Source: Auanema rhodensis
Lineage: Eukaryota > Animalia > Nematoda
NCBI GenBank assembly: GCA_964057225.1
Contig: OZ059895.1
Location: 13,516,001 to 13,580,000 of the forward strand
Length of the DNA: 64,000 nt
Direction of reading: 5' to 3'
How positions within the stretch are numbered: the first letter of the stretch is position 1; the number at the start of each line of letters is the position of its first letter. The notes under the pieces are model-generated. The model ran no database searches. It was given only the letters and a program-made list of their open reading frames with translations, and was not told the origin of the DNA. Both the position numbers and the translations under genes were made by a program. Shown in pieces: positions 21,375 to 32,433 of this stretch.

Positions 21375-22055
21375 TTAAACACTAAACACATTTCTGGCAA
21401 CATAAACAATAGGGTTCTCCGCTGTTATATCAGATAGTATACGCTGCTTCTCACTTGTTAAAGGATGATTGTCAATCAGTAAATGACTATAGGGAGTAGA
21501 CATTGCATCATCATACGCCTCTAGAGCATTTTTGAAACGTGGCCCAAATAATTGCTGCAGACAATTACGTATTTGTAATATATCTGAATGACTTTTCATC
21601 AGTATTATATATGTACTATTGATTCGACTGGTCCTGTCCAGTTGAAATGCCGCTTGCACAAGATTAAACACTGCCAAATTCCAGTGATGAGCCCATACTG
21701 TAAAAATGTTGTTGAGCAATTCCTTTGCTGCTTTATTCGATGAAAAAAAGTTCATCAAATCATCCAGCACTAGTATAGTATTTACTCCCTTTTGTTCTTT
21801 TATCAAATCAGGATCAGGAGGCCCTTGAATAATTATTGAACGCTCATCATTTATTGGTACACCTGACGATGACCCACATTGACTGAACCAGAATATTCTA
21901 TCAATGGGGACGTTGAAAAACTTTTCAGTATTTTCACATATGTGCTTTATGAGGGTTGTTTTACCGCATTGGGTAGCACCTATTACAGTTGTCTGACTGG
22001 GTAGTTTGAAGCTGAAAACCATAATCAACCACTCGTAAATGTACCTAAAATGCAA
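21375..22055 (-). CDS. A32/FtsK-like DNA packaging ATPase (likely ATG at 22022)
   Basis: Walker A GATQCGKTT, Walker B ILVLDD, HH...LVQ, R.NSTY motifs. Confidence 0.92.
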   Translation of the reverse strand: MHFRYIYEWLIMVFSFKLPSQTTVIGATQCGKTTLIKHICENTEKFFNVPIDRIFWFSQCGSSSGVPINDERSIIIQGPPDPDLIKEQKGVNTILVLDDLMNFFSSNKAAKELLNNIFTVWAHHWNLAVFNLVQAAFQLDRTSRINSTYIILMKSHSDILQIRNCLQQLFGPRFKNALEAYDDAMSTPYSHLLIDNHPLTSEKQRILSDITAENPIVYVARNVFSV

Positions 22056-22101
22056 ATGATTTCATTTGCAATAGTGTACACGTATCAAGTGGTGGTTTGT
22101 C

Positions 22102-22959
22102 ATGGATGATTTTTACATTACTCTTCCATCATCAGTTGACTCTGAAAAAAGTAATACATCATCAGTGTTTCTTACCAGATTACCTGAAACACTAAGGCTA
22201 CGCAATAATAGGTATTGCATTGGGCTGACAGACATCATTTTTCCTTGTTCTATATTAAATGTTCAAAAAGATTTATCTTATACACTACGTTTTTCCAATA
22301 GAAAATTTATTCTACACTTGCCTAAAGGCAACTATGCAAATGGTGATGAAATAATACGCGGAATCAATGCTGGAAGAGAATCATTTATCGCCAACAATAC
22401 AAAGCCTCTTGGAGCTGAGGAAGAAGCACGTATAAAAAGTTTAATAGATAAAGATGAAGATGTAAAAAAGTGGTATAATAATCGACAGGCTGAGGCTAAG
22501 CTAGTGGAGGAAATGCTCGCAGACGCCACATTTCAGTTTAACAAAACATTGCAGCGCATAGAGTTTGTAACAAGCAAGCGACTATTAATGAATGCAACGC
22601 TTGGTGATGATTTTGCATATTTTCTTGGTTTTGAAAATAAAAACATCAACGATACAATAATAGCCAGGCGTCCCATTGATTTTTCAAATAACATTAATAC
22701 AATGTATATATATTGTGATATTGTAGAATATTCCATTCTTGGTAATGTGAAAGCTAATTTACTTGCATGTTTACCTGTACCACCTCCTACTGAATTTGGT
22801 AAAATGATTGCCAAAACATTTAATCCTATTCGTTATGTACCAATCACTAGACAAACACTCGATACCATACGTATTGAAATTTTAGATGAATTTGGTCGTC
22901 CTATGCAATTTAATTATGGTTCTACAGTTGTTACATTGCATGTTAAAAATATGAAATAA
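22102..22959 (+). CDS. Minor capsid (penton, PX-like) protein
   Basis: FYITLPS..NTSS.F.T.LP N-terminus and YIYCDIVE.S.LG..LL..F.PI.YVP..I.IEI.D..GRP..F..G..VVTLH C-terminus typical of the Polinton minor capsid. Confidence 0.85.
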   Translation: MDDFYITLPSSVDSEKSNTSSVFLTRLPETLRLRNNRYCIGLTDIIFPCSILNVQKDLSYTLRFSNRKFILHLPKGNYANGDEIIRGINAGRESFIANNTKPLGAEEEARIKSLIDKDEDVKKWYNNRQAEAKLVEEMLADATFQFNKTLQRIEFVTSKRLLMNATLGDDFAYFLGFENKNINDTIIARRPIDFSNNINTMYIYCDIVEYSILGNVKANLLACLPVPPPTEFGKMIAKTFNPIRYVPITRQTLDTIRIEILDEFGRPMQFNYGSTVVTLHVKNMK

Positions 22960-22964
22960 ACGTT

Positions 22965-23459
22965 TTATTCAACAGTTATACAATACCACATTTTTATTTT
23001 CGAAGGTTTAAAAGATAGTTTAGGGCAGTTTTGTTTGTCGCTCGGCTCGTGTTGTGAATGTTCTCCGTCACTATTGCTGCGGCATCTTTTTGATTGGGTT
23101 GAATGTACAAACTCCTCAGCTTTTTCAAAGGGTTTGCTGGTATCATTTCCATCACCATCTTCACCATTCGTTCCATTATTATTATGAATACGCCGAATAT
23201 GACGCTCACAATTGAATCTTGTTCCAAAAGTTTCACCACAATGAGGGCACAAACGTCTACGAACACCATCCAAATGTCCATATTTTTGAATAAAGTCAGC
23301 ATTGCTGATATAATTGTTACATATGGGTTGAATCCCTGCATGCCTTTTCAAAACGTGATCACTAAAATGCTTGGTTGAAGAGAATATTTCCTTGCATGTA
23401 CCACAATATTTGTTACATAAAAGTTCCATTAGAGGAAAATGAAAAACGACCACACGCAA
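22965..23459 (-). CDS. C2H2 zinc-finger protein (likely ATG at 23429)
   Basis: CGTC-x12-H-x4-H and CPHC-x12-H-x4-H. Confidence 0.7.
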   Translation of the reverse strand: MRVVVFHFPLMELLCNKYCGTCKEIFSSTKHFSDHVLKRHAGIQPICNNYISNADFIQKYGHLDGVRRRLCPHCGETFGTRFNCERHIRRIHNNNGTNGEDGDGNDTSKPFEKAEEFVHSTQSKRCRSNSDGEHSQHEPSDKQNCPKLSFKPSKIKMWYCITVE

Positions 23460-23682
23460 TCAACCCACTTTTATATAATGAGCAATAATATGACTAGTGT
23501 TGTACAAAAGCCCAATCCCAATGCTATACCTTTAATAAATGGCACTGAAATACATTTCAACATTCTCCTGTATAAAGGCGCTGGTTTAGATTGCTCCAAC
23601 GTGTATTTGACACATAATTCACAGTGACAAGGAATATTCATAACTGACCACGTAATGTAGCAGGTTAGTAATGACAAATTTC

Positions 23683-24225
23683 TTATATAGTAGCCAATTT
23701 ATAGTCGAATACTTTATGCATAAACGCTTTAATAAAGACATCATCATTTTTCAATAGTTTAAAAAATGAACAAATGCTTTCAAATGAATTACCAGCCGAC
23801 AACATTAGTATTACAAATACCACATAGCCACCACAAGTGTATTCAATTATGCGTTGTGGTTTGCAAGTATTAATTTTTACCTTTTTATATTTGGCCAGAT
23901 AATTTTGAATGTACTTGTTCATTTTATATCCCAAGCTACAGAAAAAATAGGCTTGCTTGTTACGGACAAAGATGACCTGCCAATGTGTGCCTGGCTTATC
24001 ATGTGTGTCAGTATTTACGACAAGTGCAAAGTTTTTACGACGCGTTTTGGGTAGAGTATCAGCGCTATATACACCGAGGAATAGTTTCCGAGTGCTGGGG
24101 ACAGATTGCAATAGTGATACTATTTCAGACGAATACATTTTAGTAGAATGATCTAGTGTAACTTTTGTATTGCGCGCGTGCGGTTCGATATGCCGCACCT
24201 CCTTTTGGATGTCAACTCTATTCAA
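23683..24225 (-). CDS. Adenain-like cysteine protease (likely ATG at 24138); the only copy in the composite
   Basis: FLGVYSAD.LP, VNTD...PGTHW (His), Q-x5-CG (Cys). Confidence 0.9.
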   Translation of the reverse strand: MNRVDIQKEVRHIEPHARNTKVTLDHSTKMYSSEIVSLLQSVPSTRKLFLGVYSADTLPKTRRKNFALVVNTDTHDKPGTHWQVIFVRNKQAYFFCSLGYKMNKYIQNYLAKYKKVKINTCKPQRIIEYTCGGYVVFVILMLSAGNSFESICSFFKLLKNDDVFIKAFMHKVFDYKLATI

Positions 24226-24642
24226 TGGACAACACTTTTAAATCAACAAATGGGTGGCGCCCCATTTAGCGGAATGATGTTTCAACGTGGAATGCAGAGG
24301 GGTCATGGTTTGGGTGGTATTTTGGCAACTTTGGCATCATTTCTACCACGCATCATTCAATCACCTATAGCCCAAAATCTCATCAATGCCGGAAGAAACG
24401 CCTTATCCAGTGCTGTAAGCAATAGTCCAGTTGTAAATTCACCTCTTGGCGGACAGTTGCTGAAAACTGGTAATGAAATTGTCGATGGGGTGCTGAAAGG
24501 CGATAATATCAAGGAAACTCTTAAAACAGCCGGCCGACAAGCTATACGAGATCTTACCGGCTTGGGCAAAAGGCGACGACGCAAAACCACAAAACCTCAT
24601 AAGCGGTTGTGCATCACTCGTGAGCGGTCGTTTCACATTTAA
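24178..24642 (+). CDS. Maverick core/pVI-like protein with QRGxG motif (likely ATG at 24190); the only copy
   Basis: FQRGMQRGHGLGG followed by an amphipathic helix and a basic C-terminus; lies directly upstream of the MCP. Confidence 0.7.
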   Translation: MRFDMPHLLLDVNSIQWTTLLNQQMGGAPFSGMMFQRGMQRGHGLGGILATLASFLPRIIQSPIAQNLINAGRNALSSAVSNSPVVNSPLGGQLLKTGNEIVDGVLKGDNIKETLKTAGRQAIRDLTGLGKRRRRKTTKPHKRLCITRERSFHI

Positions 24643-25977
24643 ATGGCTAAATTGATAGATTCAAAATCAGCACAAGCCCTTTTACCTAATATAAACTATG
24701 GTGATATACCAGCGTCGGCATTAGGTGTAGAGTCTACTCGTACTGTACAAGTCCCTTTGAAAAATACTTTTCTTCCTCAAGGACCATGGGAATTTGTTAT
24801 AGCTCAAAATTCCAAATCATTCCTCAATCTGAGAAGATGTTGGTTGAATGTAAAATTTAAAATTGTAACCACAAACGGTGATCCAGTACCAGACAACCTT
24901 GTTTTTGCACCATGTCAACAATTTGCTGCCAGTTTAATACATTCGTATCATTTGAAAATTGGTGATGTTAGCGTGTATGACTCTACCGTGAATCATGCCT
25001 ATAAAACATATATCGAGAATATTTTAATGTATAGCAACGATGTTAAAGAGAGCAAACTTGCCATATCAGGCTATTATGCTGATAGATATATAGATAATGC
25101 ATCCAGTGCTGGATTTAGAACGCGTCAAGCACTTGTAAAAAATGGCATATTGTGTGAGATGGCTGCTCCCGTCAGTATCGACCTATTTAATCAAGAGCGA
25201 CTGTTTGTAAACTATTCAAAAATGGAGCTAACTGCATATCCAAACCGTGATAACTTTTTAATTGACACTCTAGGCTGGAATAATGAAAACAAGGATACTA
25301 CATTAAAGGAGGAGTTTCCAAATTTGAAAGTAGATATCAGCGATGTACATTTGCTCATTCAAGAGTTTGATCTAAACGCTGGATTAGCTATGGCTATAGA
25401 AGATAAACTCGCAAAGGATCGAATACACTACCCCATGACATCAGTGAAAATGCGCTCTTATTTCATAGAAGGAGGCCGCTTGGATTCACCTAATAATATA
25501 TTATTCACGTCTCATACACCAAAACGTGTTGTAGTAGGTCTTGTTGGCGCACACGCTTATAATGGTATTTTTAAACATTCGCCATTCAACTTTAAACCGT
25601 TTGATTTGAAAAATATATACTTGACGCTCAACAATAGGGTAATACCTACCCGTCCTTATAATTTAGAATGGCGATCTTCCTATGCCACAGCATATATTGA
25701 CATGCTCGAAGGTTTGGGACTTGGTCGTACAGATTCATCCAATGGTATTACACCAGCAATGTATAAAGCTGGTTTCACATTTTTTGTATTTGATATTTCT
25801 CCTACTGTGCATTCGTCAGAGTTATTTGATGTTATACGACAAGGTAATGTAGCCTTGAAATTGGAATTTGGTCAACAAACGCCGCAAGAGGGCTTATATG
25901 CAATTGTTTATGCAGAGTATGACTCTATTCTTTCAATTGACAACAATCGTGCTCCATATATTGATACCAGTTTGTAA
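24643..25977 (+). CDS. Major capsid protein (double jelly-roll, PY-like); the only full-length copy
   Basis: 444 aa; GPWEF, Y.AY-like AYKTYIE, PKRVVVGLV..AYNG....PFNFKPF, FVFDISP, IVYAEY..IL.ID motifs. Confidence 0.9.
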   Translation: MAKLIDSKSAQALLPNINYGDIPASALGVESTRTVQVPLKNTFLPQGPWEFVIAQNSKSFLNLRRCWLNVKFKIVTTNGDPVPDNLVFAPCQQFAASLIHSYHLKIGDVSVYDSTVNHAYKTYIENILMYSNDVKESKLAISGYYADRYIDNASSAGFRTRQALVKNGILCEMAAPVSIDLFNQERLFVNYSKMELTAYPNRDNFLIDTLGWNNENKDTTLKEEFPNLKVDISDVHLLIQEFDLNAGLAMAIEDKLAKDRIHYPMTSVKMRSYFIEGGRLDSPNNILFTSHTPKRVVVGLVGAHAYNGIFKHSPFNFKPFDLKNIYLTLNNRVIPTRPYNLEWRSSYATAYIDMLEGLGLGRTDSSNGITPAMYKAGFTFFVFDISPTVHSSELFDVIRQGNVALKLEFGQQTPQEGLYAIVYAEYDSILSIDNNRAPYIDTSL

Positions 25978-26115
25978 TGTATGTAATAAAATTCTTTAAA
26001 AGATTTAAGAATGAAATTTATTAATACAACTATTTTTAAAAATAAATACATGTACAATGATAAAATTTTATAAATACAAATATATACAAGATAAAAATTT
26101 ATAAATTCAAATATA

Positions 26116-28933
26116 TTAAACACAATAACCGTAGGGTAAAGTACTATAATCTTGAAGATAACAAAGTTTATCCATTACGACTTTAGTACTTTTTGTCATA
26201 TCCATTGTGGATATGGCACCGAGTTGCCTCTTTAACAATGTCGTATTGGTTTTTAAAACCAATTTTTCTCCATCCATAACGAGTCCGCGAACCAGTCGCT
26301 CCATACTTTCAAAGTTTACCACTGACGCTGCCGTGTGGTCCAACGTCTGTAAATTATAAAATTATTTGAAAAGTCAAAGCTCGTACTTACCACTCCCTTT
26401 GCCTTTGTTACATATTTTACATCACCAGCTGCATTTACAAGTTTATAACTATAAACTTTTGCCGCTGGTGACACAAACTTGGTCATTGACCAACCATCGG
26501 GTATTTCAGAGGTTAGTTTACCTAACCATTCACCCTTCATATCCTCAATTGGATCTGGCTCATCTAGGCATCTTTGATAAATTAGAGAATCCGTGTCTAA
26601 ATAATGTAAGTTTAAATTGTATACAAAGTATAACATTACCTGTATACACCAAATTCTTTCCAATTTTCTCCATTGCCTTATACAATAGTAGCCTTGCATG
26701 AGCGGTTGTATAGGCCGCAATAGCTACATTTGTAAAAGGCGGTGGTGCCAAATGTGAATCCTCTGGTACTGTTGTGCAGTACGCAACATTATCCACAATT
26801 TTGAACCCAGTGAGTTCCCTTGCAGGATCAGTAATGATCCTACCAATTTCTGGGTCCTCAACACCAATAATCTTGGTTTGGGCTTTATCTGGTCTTTGAC
26901 CCATTTTACCCCAGACACTATAAGCAAATTTGTAATGTATTGTTTTAAAAAGTTTACAAACCTATTTAGCTGCAGTTTGGCTATGCTACGCATGGCAGCA
27001 TTCTTCTCAATTTTATTGCTCTCCAGAGCAACACCAGTGTTCTCCTCGTGTTCTTGGAGATAAATCACCTGTAAAATTCTATTTAATGTGATACTTTTGT
27101 TGAAACATACCTTTTCTTCCTCTGTCATGTTTGGCTTTGGCCAGCCCGACGCCTCTTGTTTAATTTTTATGTACTTTTGTACAAATTCTTTAAACAGGCC
27201 GCCTTGTTGCCATTCTTCCCAGTGCCACACCTCATGCACATTAAGCACTTTATAGCCACGTTGTATGGCACACTCGAGCTCAACATGTGTCACAGTTAGA
27301 TGCAGCTTTCTAGCATTTACATCATTCTGGTGCTCACATGTTACATTTTTACTTTTGACTGCACAAGTGCGGCAGTTTGTAAAAATAAGTTTACCGCCAA
27401 TACGTGTGCCTAATACAGGGTACAGCAAATTTGTGGGTGCAAGCACGTCACATTTTACTAGCCCCTTGTATGGGCAACATGTCTCAAAGCTTTTGAAACC
27501 CTCAGTAATAACTTTGGGATTACCTACAGGGTAATAGGCATCAAAAGCGGTGACATATGGATATAGTGAACAAAAGTCCACATACTCGAGCGAGTATCTA
27601 TCCGAAGCTTGTGCCAAAAGCTTATATGTCTGGGTGCGGCCACCGGTAAAGGCATCTCTAGGTGCCAAGCGTGTAACAACATTTGTTTCACGCATAAATT
27701 TCGCCATTTCTTCATTGGCCGAAATTTGTGCATTAATTTCGTGCTCCCACACTGTGGTAACACTAATGCCTTGGCTTTGTATTGCTTCAAGCCTTTTCAT
27801 GGTTTTATCATAAACCTAAATTTTAAAAATTAAAATGATTAAAAATGTCACAATTACCTCTTCCATTGTTTCACCATTTCTGCCTGGTGCTATAGCGCTC
27901 TTGTTGGTGCACTGGGGGCAACCATGATAGATACAACCATTAATCTACAAAAATTTGCACTTTTTACATTTATTACAAATTACTCACCTCATAGCCATGA
28001 TTGGCAACGGGGTCATAAGCATCGAGTAGATAGCGATGACCATCTACTCTCACTGCAAATTCACCACCATTAAGCTTATGCATTAATGGGCGGCCCAGTC
28101 CTTGTTCTAGCCATTTTATATACTTTATGGCTATTATACTCTGCTTTTGACCGGCATAATAACCAGTCTCGGGCAGAATACCCACTTGGTTCTCTTTAAT
28201 ATGATTCATTTTCAGCTGTAATATACTAGTTTTGAAAATGCTTGTATTTGAAAAAACTTGCCTGGAATAAAGAGAAACTGGCAAATGTCATACACTGTAT
28301 GACAGGGTTCCAGCCAGTGGTGGCGGTTGCCAACTTCATGTAAACTTTCATACAGTTGGTTAAAATACGGACATCTGTCCTACAATATTCCAAAAGCTCT
28401 TCATCAAAATCAAACGCTCTTTGATTACGCTCTTCATACCAAATATTGAATGAAGCTAGGTCTTCTGCTTTTATTCTAGCAGTACAATAGTACTGTTTTG
28501 GTGGTAAAGATGGTAACACTTTGCCATAATTTATTGGATGGTTAAAGAGGTAAGGAAACTGTCCTTTACTCATATCAGGTACACCAAATGCCTTGGGTAA
28601 CGCTGATAGGGGTAAAGGCACTAATAAATAACTATCTTTAAAATATAAATGATTAAATTTTTGACCTCTTAAAGGCTTGACAACCATGCTTATAATCTTG
28701 GTCCCATTTAAAATTGGATCAGGATATATACCACGGTTTATCAGCCTAGACACCGAGAAATGTATGTCAAAGCGTGAACCATTATGCGCAATCAAAATTG
28801 CATTATCATTCTCAACAGAGTTGAGTAACCAATCAAGGAAACGATCTGTTACAGACCATTCACTATCACCTTGTTGATACCCAAAATGGCCCTCCTTGGT
28901 TGTGCATTTTTCACATGAGTTGGCATCTATACA
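26116..28933 (-). pseudogene. pPolB 3' portion (unit A), truncated by a Maverick left terminus
   Basis: Same exons as 46910-49700; the sequence breaks at ctataca|agtagag. Confidence 0.9.
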
Positions 28934-29851
28934 AGTAGAGAGCCGTGCAAAATTTACTAACCACGCCCCCAAACAGTTGCTAAAAACATACTTTTGGGGG
29001 CGTCAGCTGCTAAAAACATACTTTTGGGGCGCGTCAGCTGTCAAAAACATATTTTTGAGCGTCAGCTGTTAAAATCATATTTTGGGATCATGGTTCATGG
29101 ATTTTCCTTTTTTAAATTTAAAAATCATGATTTAAAGCATGATTTTTTTTTTTTAAATCAAATTTAAATATGCGTTTTCAAATGTATGTATATATTTTTA
29201 ATTATTTTTAAATATATTAAGTAAAAATAAAAATCTTAATTTTAAATATATAAATTATATTTAAACTTTAAATATTTAAATTTTATATTTATAAATTATA
29301 TTTAAATTATATTTAACCTTTATATATATAAATTATATTTAAATTTTAAATATATTAATTTGTTTTAAAATTTTATTACTTTATTCATTTATTATATTTA
29401 TTAATTATGTTTGTTTACTTATTTTGTTTATTATTTTATAATATTGTGTTTTTTTACTGTTTTTATTTTTAAAGATCAATAAAATTTTTGCATGTAGATA
29501 ATTTTGTTCACCGTACTTGTTATGGGTAATTCAATGGAACACATATCGAAGGTTAATTCGATAAGAACGATATGAAATACTAAAATTCAATGGAACACAT
29601 ATCGAAGGTTAATTCGATAAGAACGATATGAAATACCAAAATTTAATGGAACACATATCGAAGGTTAATTCGATAAGAACGACATTAAATTATTAATTTT
29701 TGAAATTACAAATTGTTATTAATTATATTTATTCTAACAAGTAAAAGTTTCAAATTAAAAGAAAATACTAGTTTTAAACTTTATTTTACTAATATAACAA
29801 TACAATAACTAAATAGAGCACACATTGAAGGTAAATACAATAAGATTAACA
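28934..29851 (+). repeat. Native left TIR (about 0.9 kb), internal copy starting unit B
   Basis: Begins agtagagagccgtgc; homology to the right TIR ends at gattaaca. Confidence 0.92.
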
Positions 29852-30485
29852 CCTCAACGCATATCGATGGTTAATAAACAGTAATAACTGCACTGTGGGG
29901 GTTTAAATATAGTATAATCATTTTAACATTTCAAAAGTTTTAGTTTCGTAATATAATCATTATTAAATATTCAAGAATGAAATATTTTCACATATAAAAC
30001 GTTGGCAGTCATATGTTTTGTGCTACAATATGGGTGTAAAAGCATACTATGAATAATATATGAGCTATTAAGCAAAGTTTAAAAAGCCTAAATGTTTTAC
30101 AGAGATGGCTGTTGTTTATGGCACAAACGGTAAACAATAATGTTTAAAGAGATGTAAAAACTAATTAATATGCAGATTGTTTACAGGTTCAGAGTGCGCC
30201 AACTGCTGGCAACTGTCGATGAGATGAGTATATCTGCATAAATATGCTGTAAAATCTAATTAATAAAAGAATTTCATCAGCAAACTTGATTGTAACACAA
30301 TGGGTTGTACTTTACAAAAATCTTTGTATAAAAGGTTGGCAATTTTGCTACATTTACATTTCAGCTCTGCCAACTATCCGAGGATCCGACGTTTCACCAT
30401 CTCCTGCCACTCTTTGCCAATCGCCATAGACTGCTCCTCTCTGCAAGTTTGCCTTATATTTTAGAAAGTTGGATCTTTAGCGGAA

Positions 30486-31072
30486 ATGAAGCGTGCTGTA
30501 CTTGCTGATGTGACAAATGTTGTGCGCAAATCGCCTGAACCTGAAGTACCACGACCACCCACACCAGCACCAAATTTTACAAGTTTTGGTATGAACCTTA
30601 ACTTGTCTTTTTTAAATCTTTAATTTAGATTCACCAATAAAGCAGATGGAGATTCTGAGAGAGAGCACTCCACCAAGGAGTGTATTAATGAGACCAATTT
30701 GTCTCTGCAAAACTTGTAGGGAATCATTGCAGGTTATAGACGAGTATCACTGTTTCAGCCTCTGTATAAAGTGTAGAGGAAGGAATGATGCGTTGGGTCT
30801 TTTGAAGGAATTTCGTCACTATAAGCCCGAAAAGTTCTCTATTAATGTAAGCTTGCATATTTATTTATTTTCAATTTTATCATTTTTTTTAGATGCGCTC
30901 TTATAACACCATGACGTGCAAGCAATTGTTGAACAATATGGGCTATATTGTTATATATGCAGATGAGGCTACTGTAAAGACTTTTGGTTATAAGCAGAAT
31001 GTATTCTACTTTAAACTAAGTCCAGAAGCACTCAACCTGAACATGTTTATCCGCTTTGATCCTTCATTTTGA
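30486..31072 (+). CDS. Predicted 3-exon, 166-aa Maverick protein with N-terminal D-box, CDK sites and a C4 zinc finger (exons 30486-30588, 30629-30846, 30893-31072)
   Basis: 40- and 46-nt GT-AG introns give a continuous frame MKRAVLADVTNVVRKSPEPE...SPIK...TPPR...CKTC-x15-CIKC...FDPSF*. Confidence 0.72.
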
Positions 31073-31366
31073 CTACAACAAGCACAAATAGTACAATTGG
31101 CGTTTTATTCTTGTTTTGTTATGTGGCATTTTTATATTCTCAGCCGTAACATTTTTTTTTTCCAGCTCTTGCGAATATCTATCAATGGCTCATCAATTGA
31201 GGACGAATGATCAACCAACTGGTAAGAATTTGAAAATTTGAATAGTCTACATTTTTTTTTCCAGGTTGAATTGTTGTTTGTATTTTGCTGGTTTTTTATT
31301 GTTACATTATGCGATATATCAAATAAATCATTTATTATAATTACAATTGTTTATAACATTGAAAAA

Positions 31367-32433
31367 TTATACATTTAAATTTTCTGCATCTATCCATTCA
31401 TTAAAGTTGTCGGGATATCCACTCCATTTTACAAATACTTGACGTTTACCGCTTCGAGTACGCTCTTTTAAAACTTTTTCTATATAGTACTTGTTACTTT
31501 TATTAGTAGCCAAGACAAGTTCAGGTTCGTAGAATATTCCCTTTATACGTTCACCATTATAATCTACAAGTTTATACACGGTTGGGTTTCCGGTTACACC
31601 TCATCAATTGTGAATAGCTCCATTGTATATCCAGACTCGTAGCTTTTTTCAAAAGTACGCCTATTTTTGCTTATGCGAACAGTATCACCAATTTTAAAGC
31701 GGCTTTTAACAGCTGATGCATATTCTTCAATGAATATATTTGCTTTAACATCAATGGGCCGCATTTTTATAGAGCGGTTATAAGATTTGTTTATTCCTTC
31801 AACCAAATCATCTAGGATATCAATCCATCGATGATTATTCTTGTAATAGAGATATTTCATCATGCGTGTTTTTAAAGTTCTATTTGCTCGCTCCACCATT
31901 GCAGCCTTTTGTGGTGAACTTGTAGATCCGTGCAGTATGGCAAACTTTTTGAATAGTTTTTCACAATGACTATTATAAAACTCTGTGCCATTATCAGTAA
32001 TCAACTGAATTGGTATAAAATTCTTGAATAAACTTTCAAATGCACTAGCAACCTCTATACCACCTTTAGTTTTCAAAGGCCTAACATATAACATGCGTGT
32101 ATAAACATCAATCATGGTCAACATGTAAGCATAGCCGTCGTTTAATTTTTTATATTTTTGCATATCAACCAAATCTGCTTGCACTGTTAGAAATCGACCA
32201 CATCCTCTAGTCTTTCTAGTCTGCATACGCATTCTGGTTGGTTTATGTCGTGTAAAAGTTTCAGAATCTTGCAAAAAATCATCAACTTGTACCTTTGAAA
32301 TGCCATGTTTTCGTGCTTGCGATAATAAATTCTTGGCTGATGTATATGAAGCTGGGTGTTTTATATCGTAATAAATGCTCGCCAAAATATCATTTCCATA
32401 ATCTAATGTAGAACCTTTTACGACCTTGGCCAT
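31367..32433 (-). CDS. Retroviral-like (c-)integrase with C-terminal chromodomain, frameshifted near 31594
   Basis: QADL / ITDNGTEF / VERANRTLK catalytic D,D,E; the downstream ORF YIEKVL...VFVKWSGY...NEWI is a chromodomain in a different frame. Confidence 0.9.

Noticed and set aside
26366-27833. Several 60-110 aa ORFs antisense to or overlapping pPolB, repeated in each unit
   Set aside because: Shadow frames of the polymerase exons; they recur only because the unit is duplicated
31565-31600. Possible 36-nt GT..AG intron that would bypass the integrase stop
   Set aside because: Splicing it leaves the chromodomain out of frame and removes conserved-looking residues
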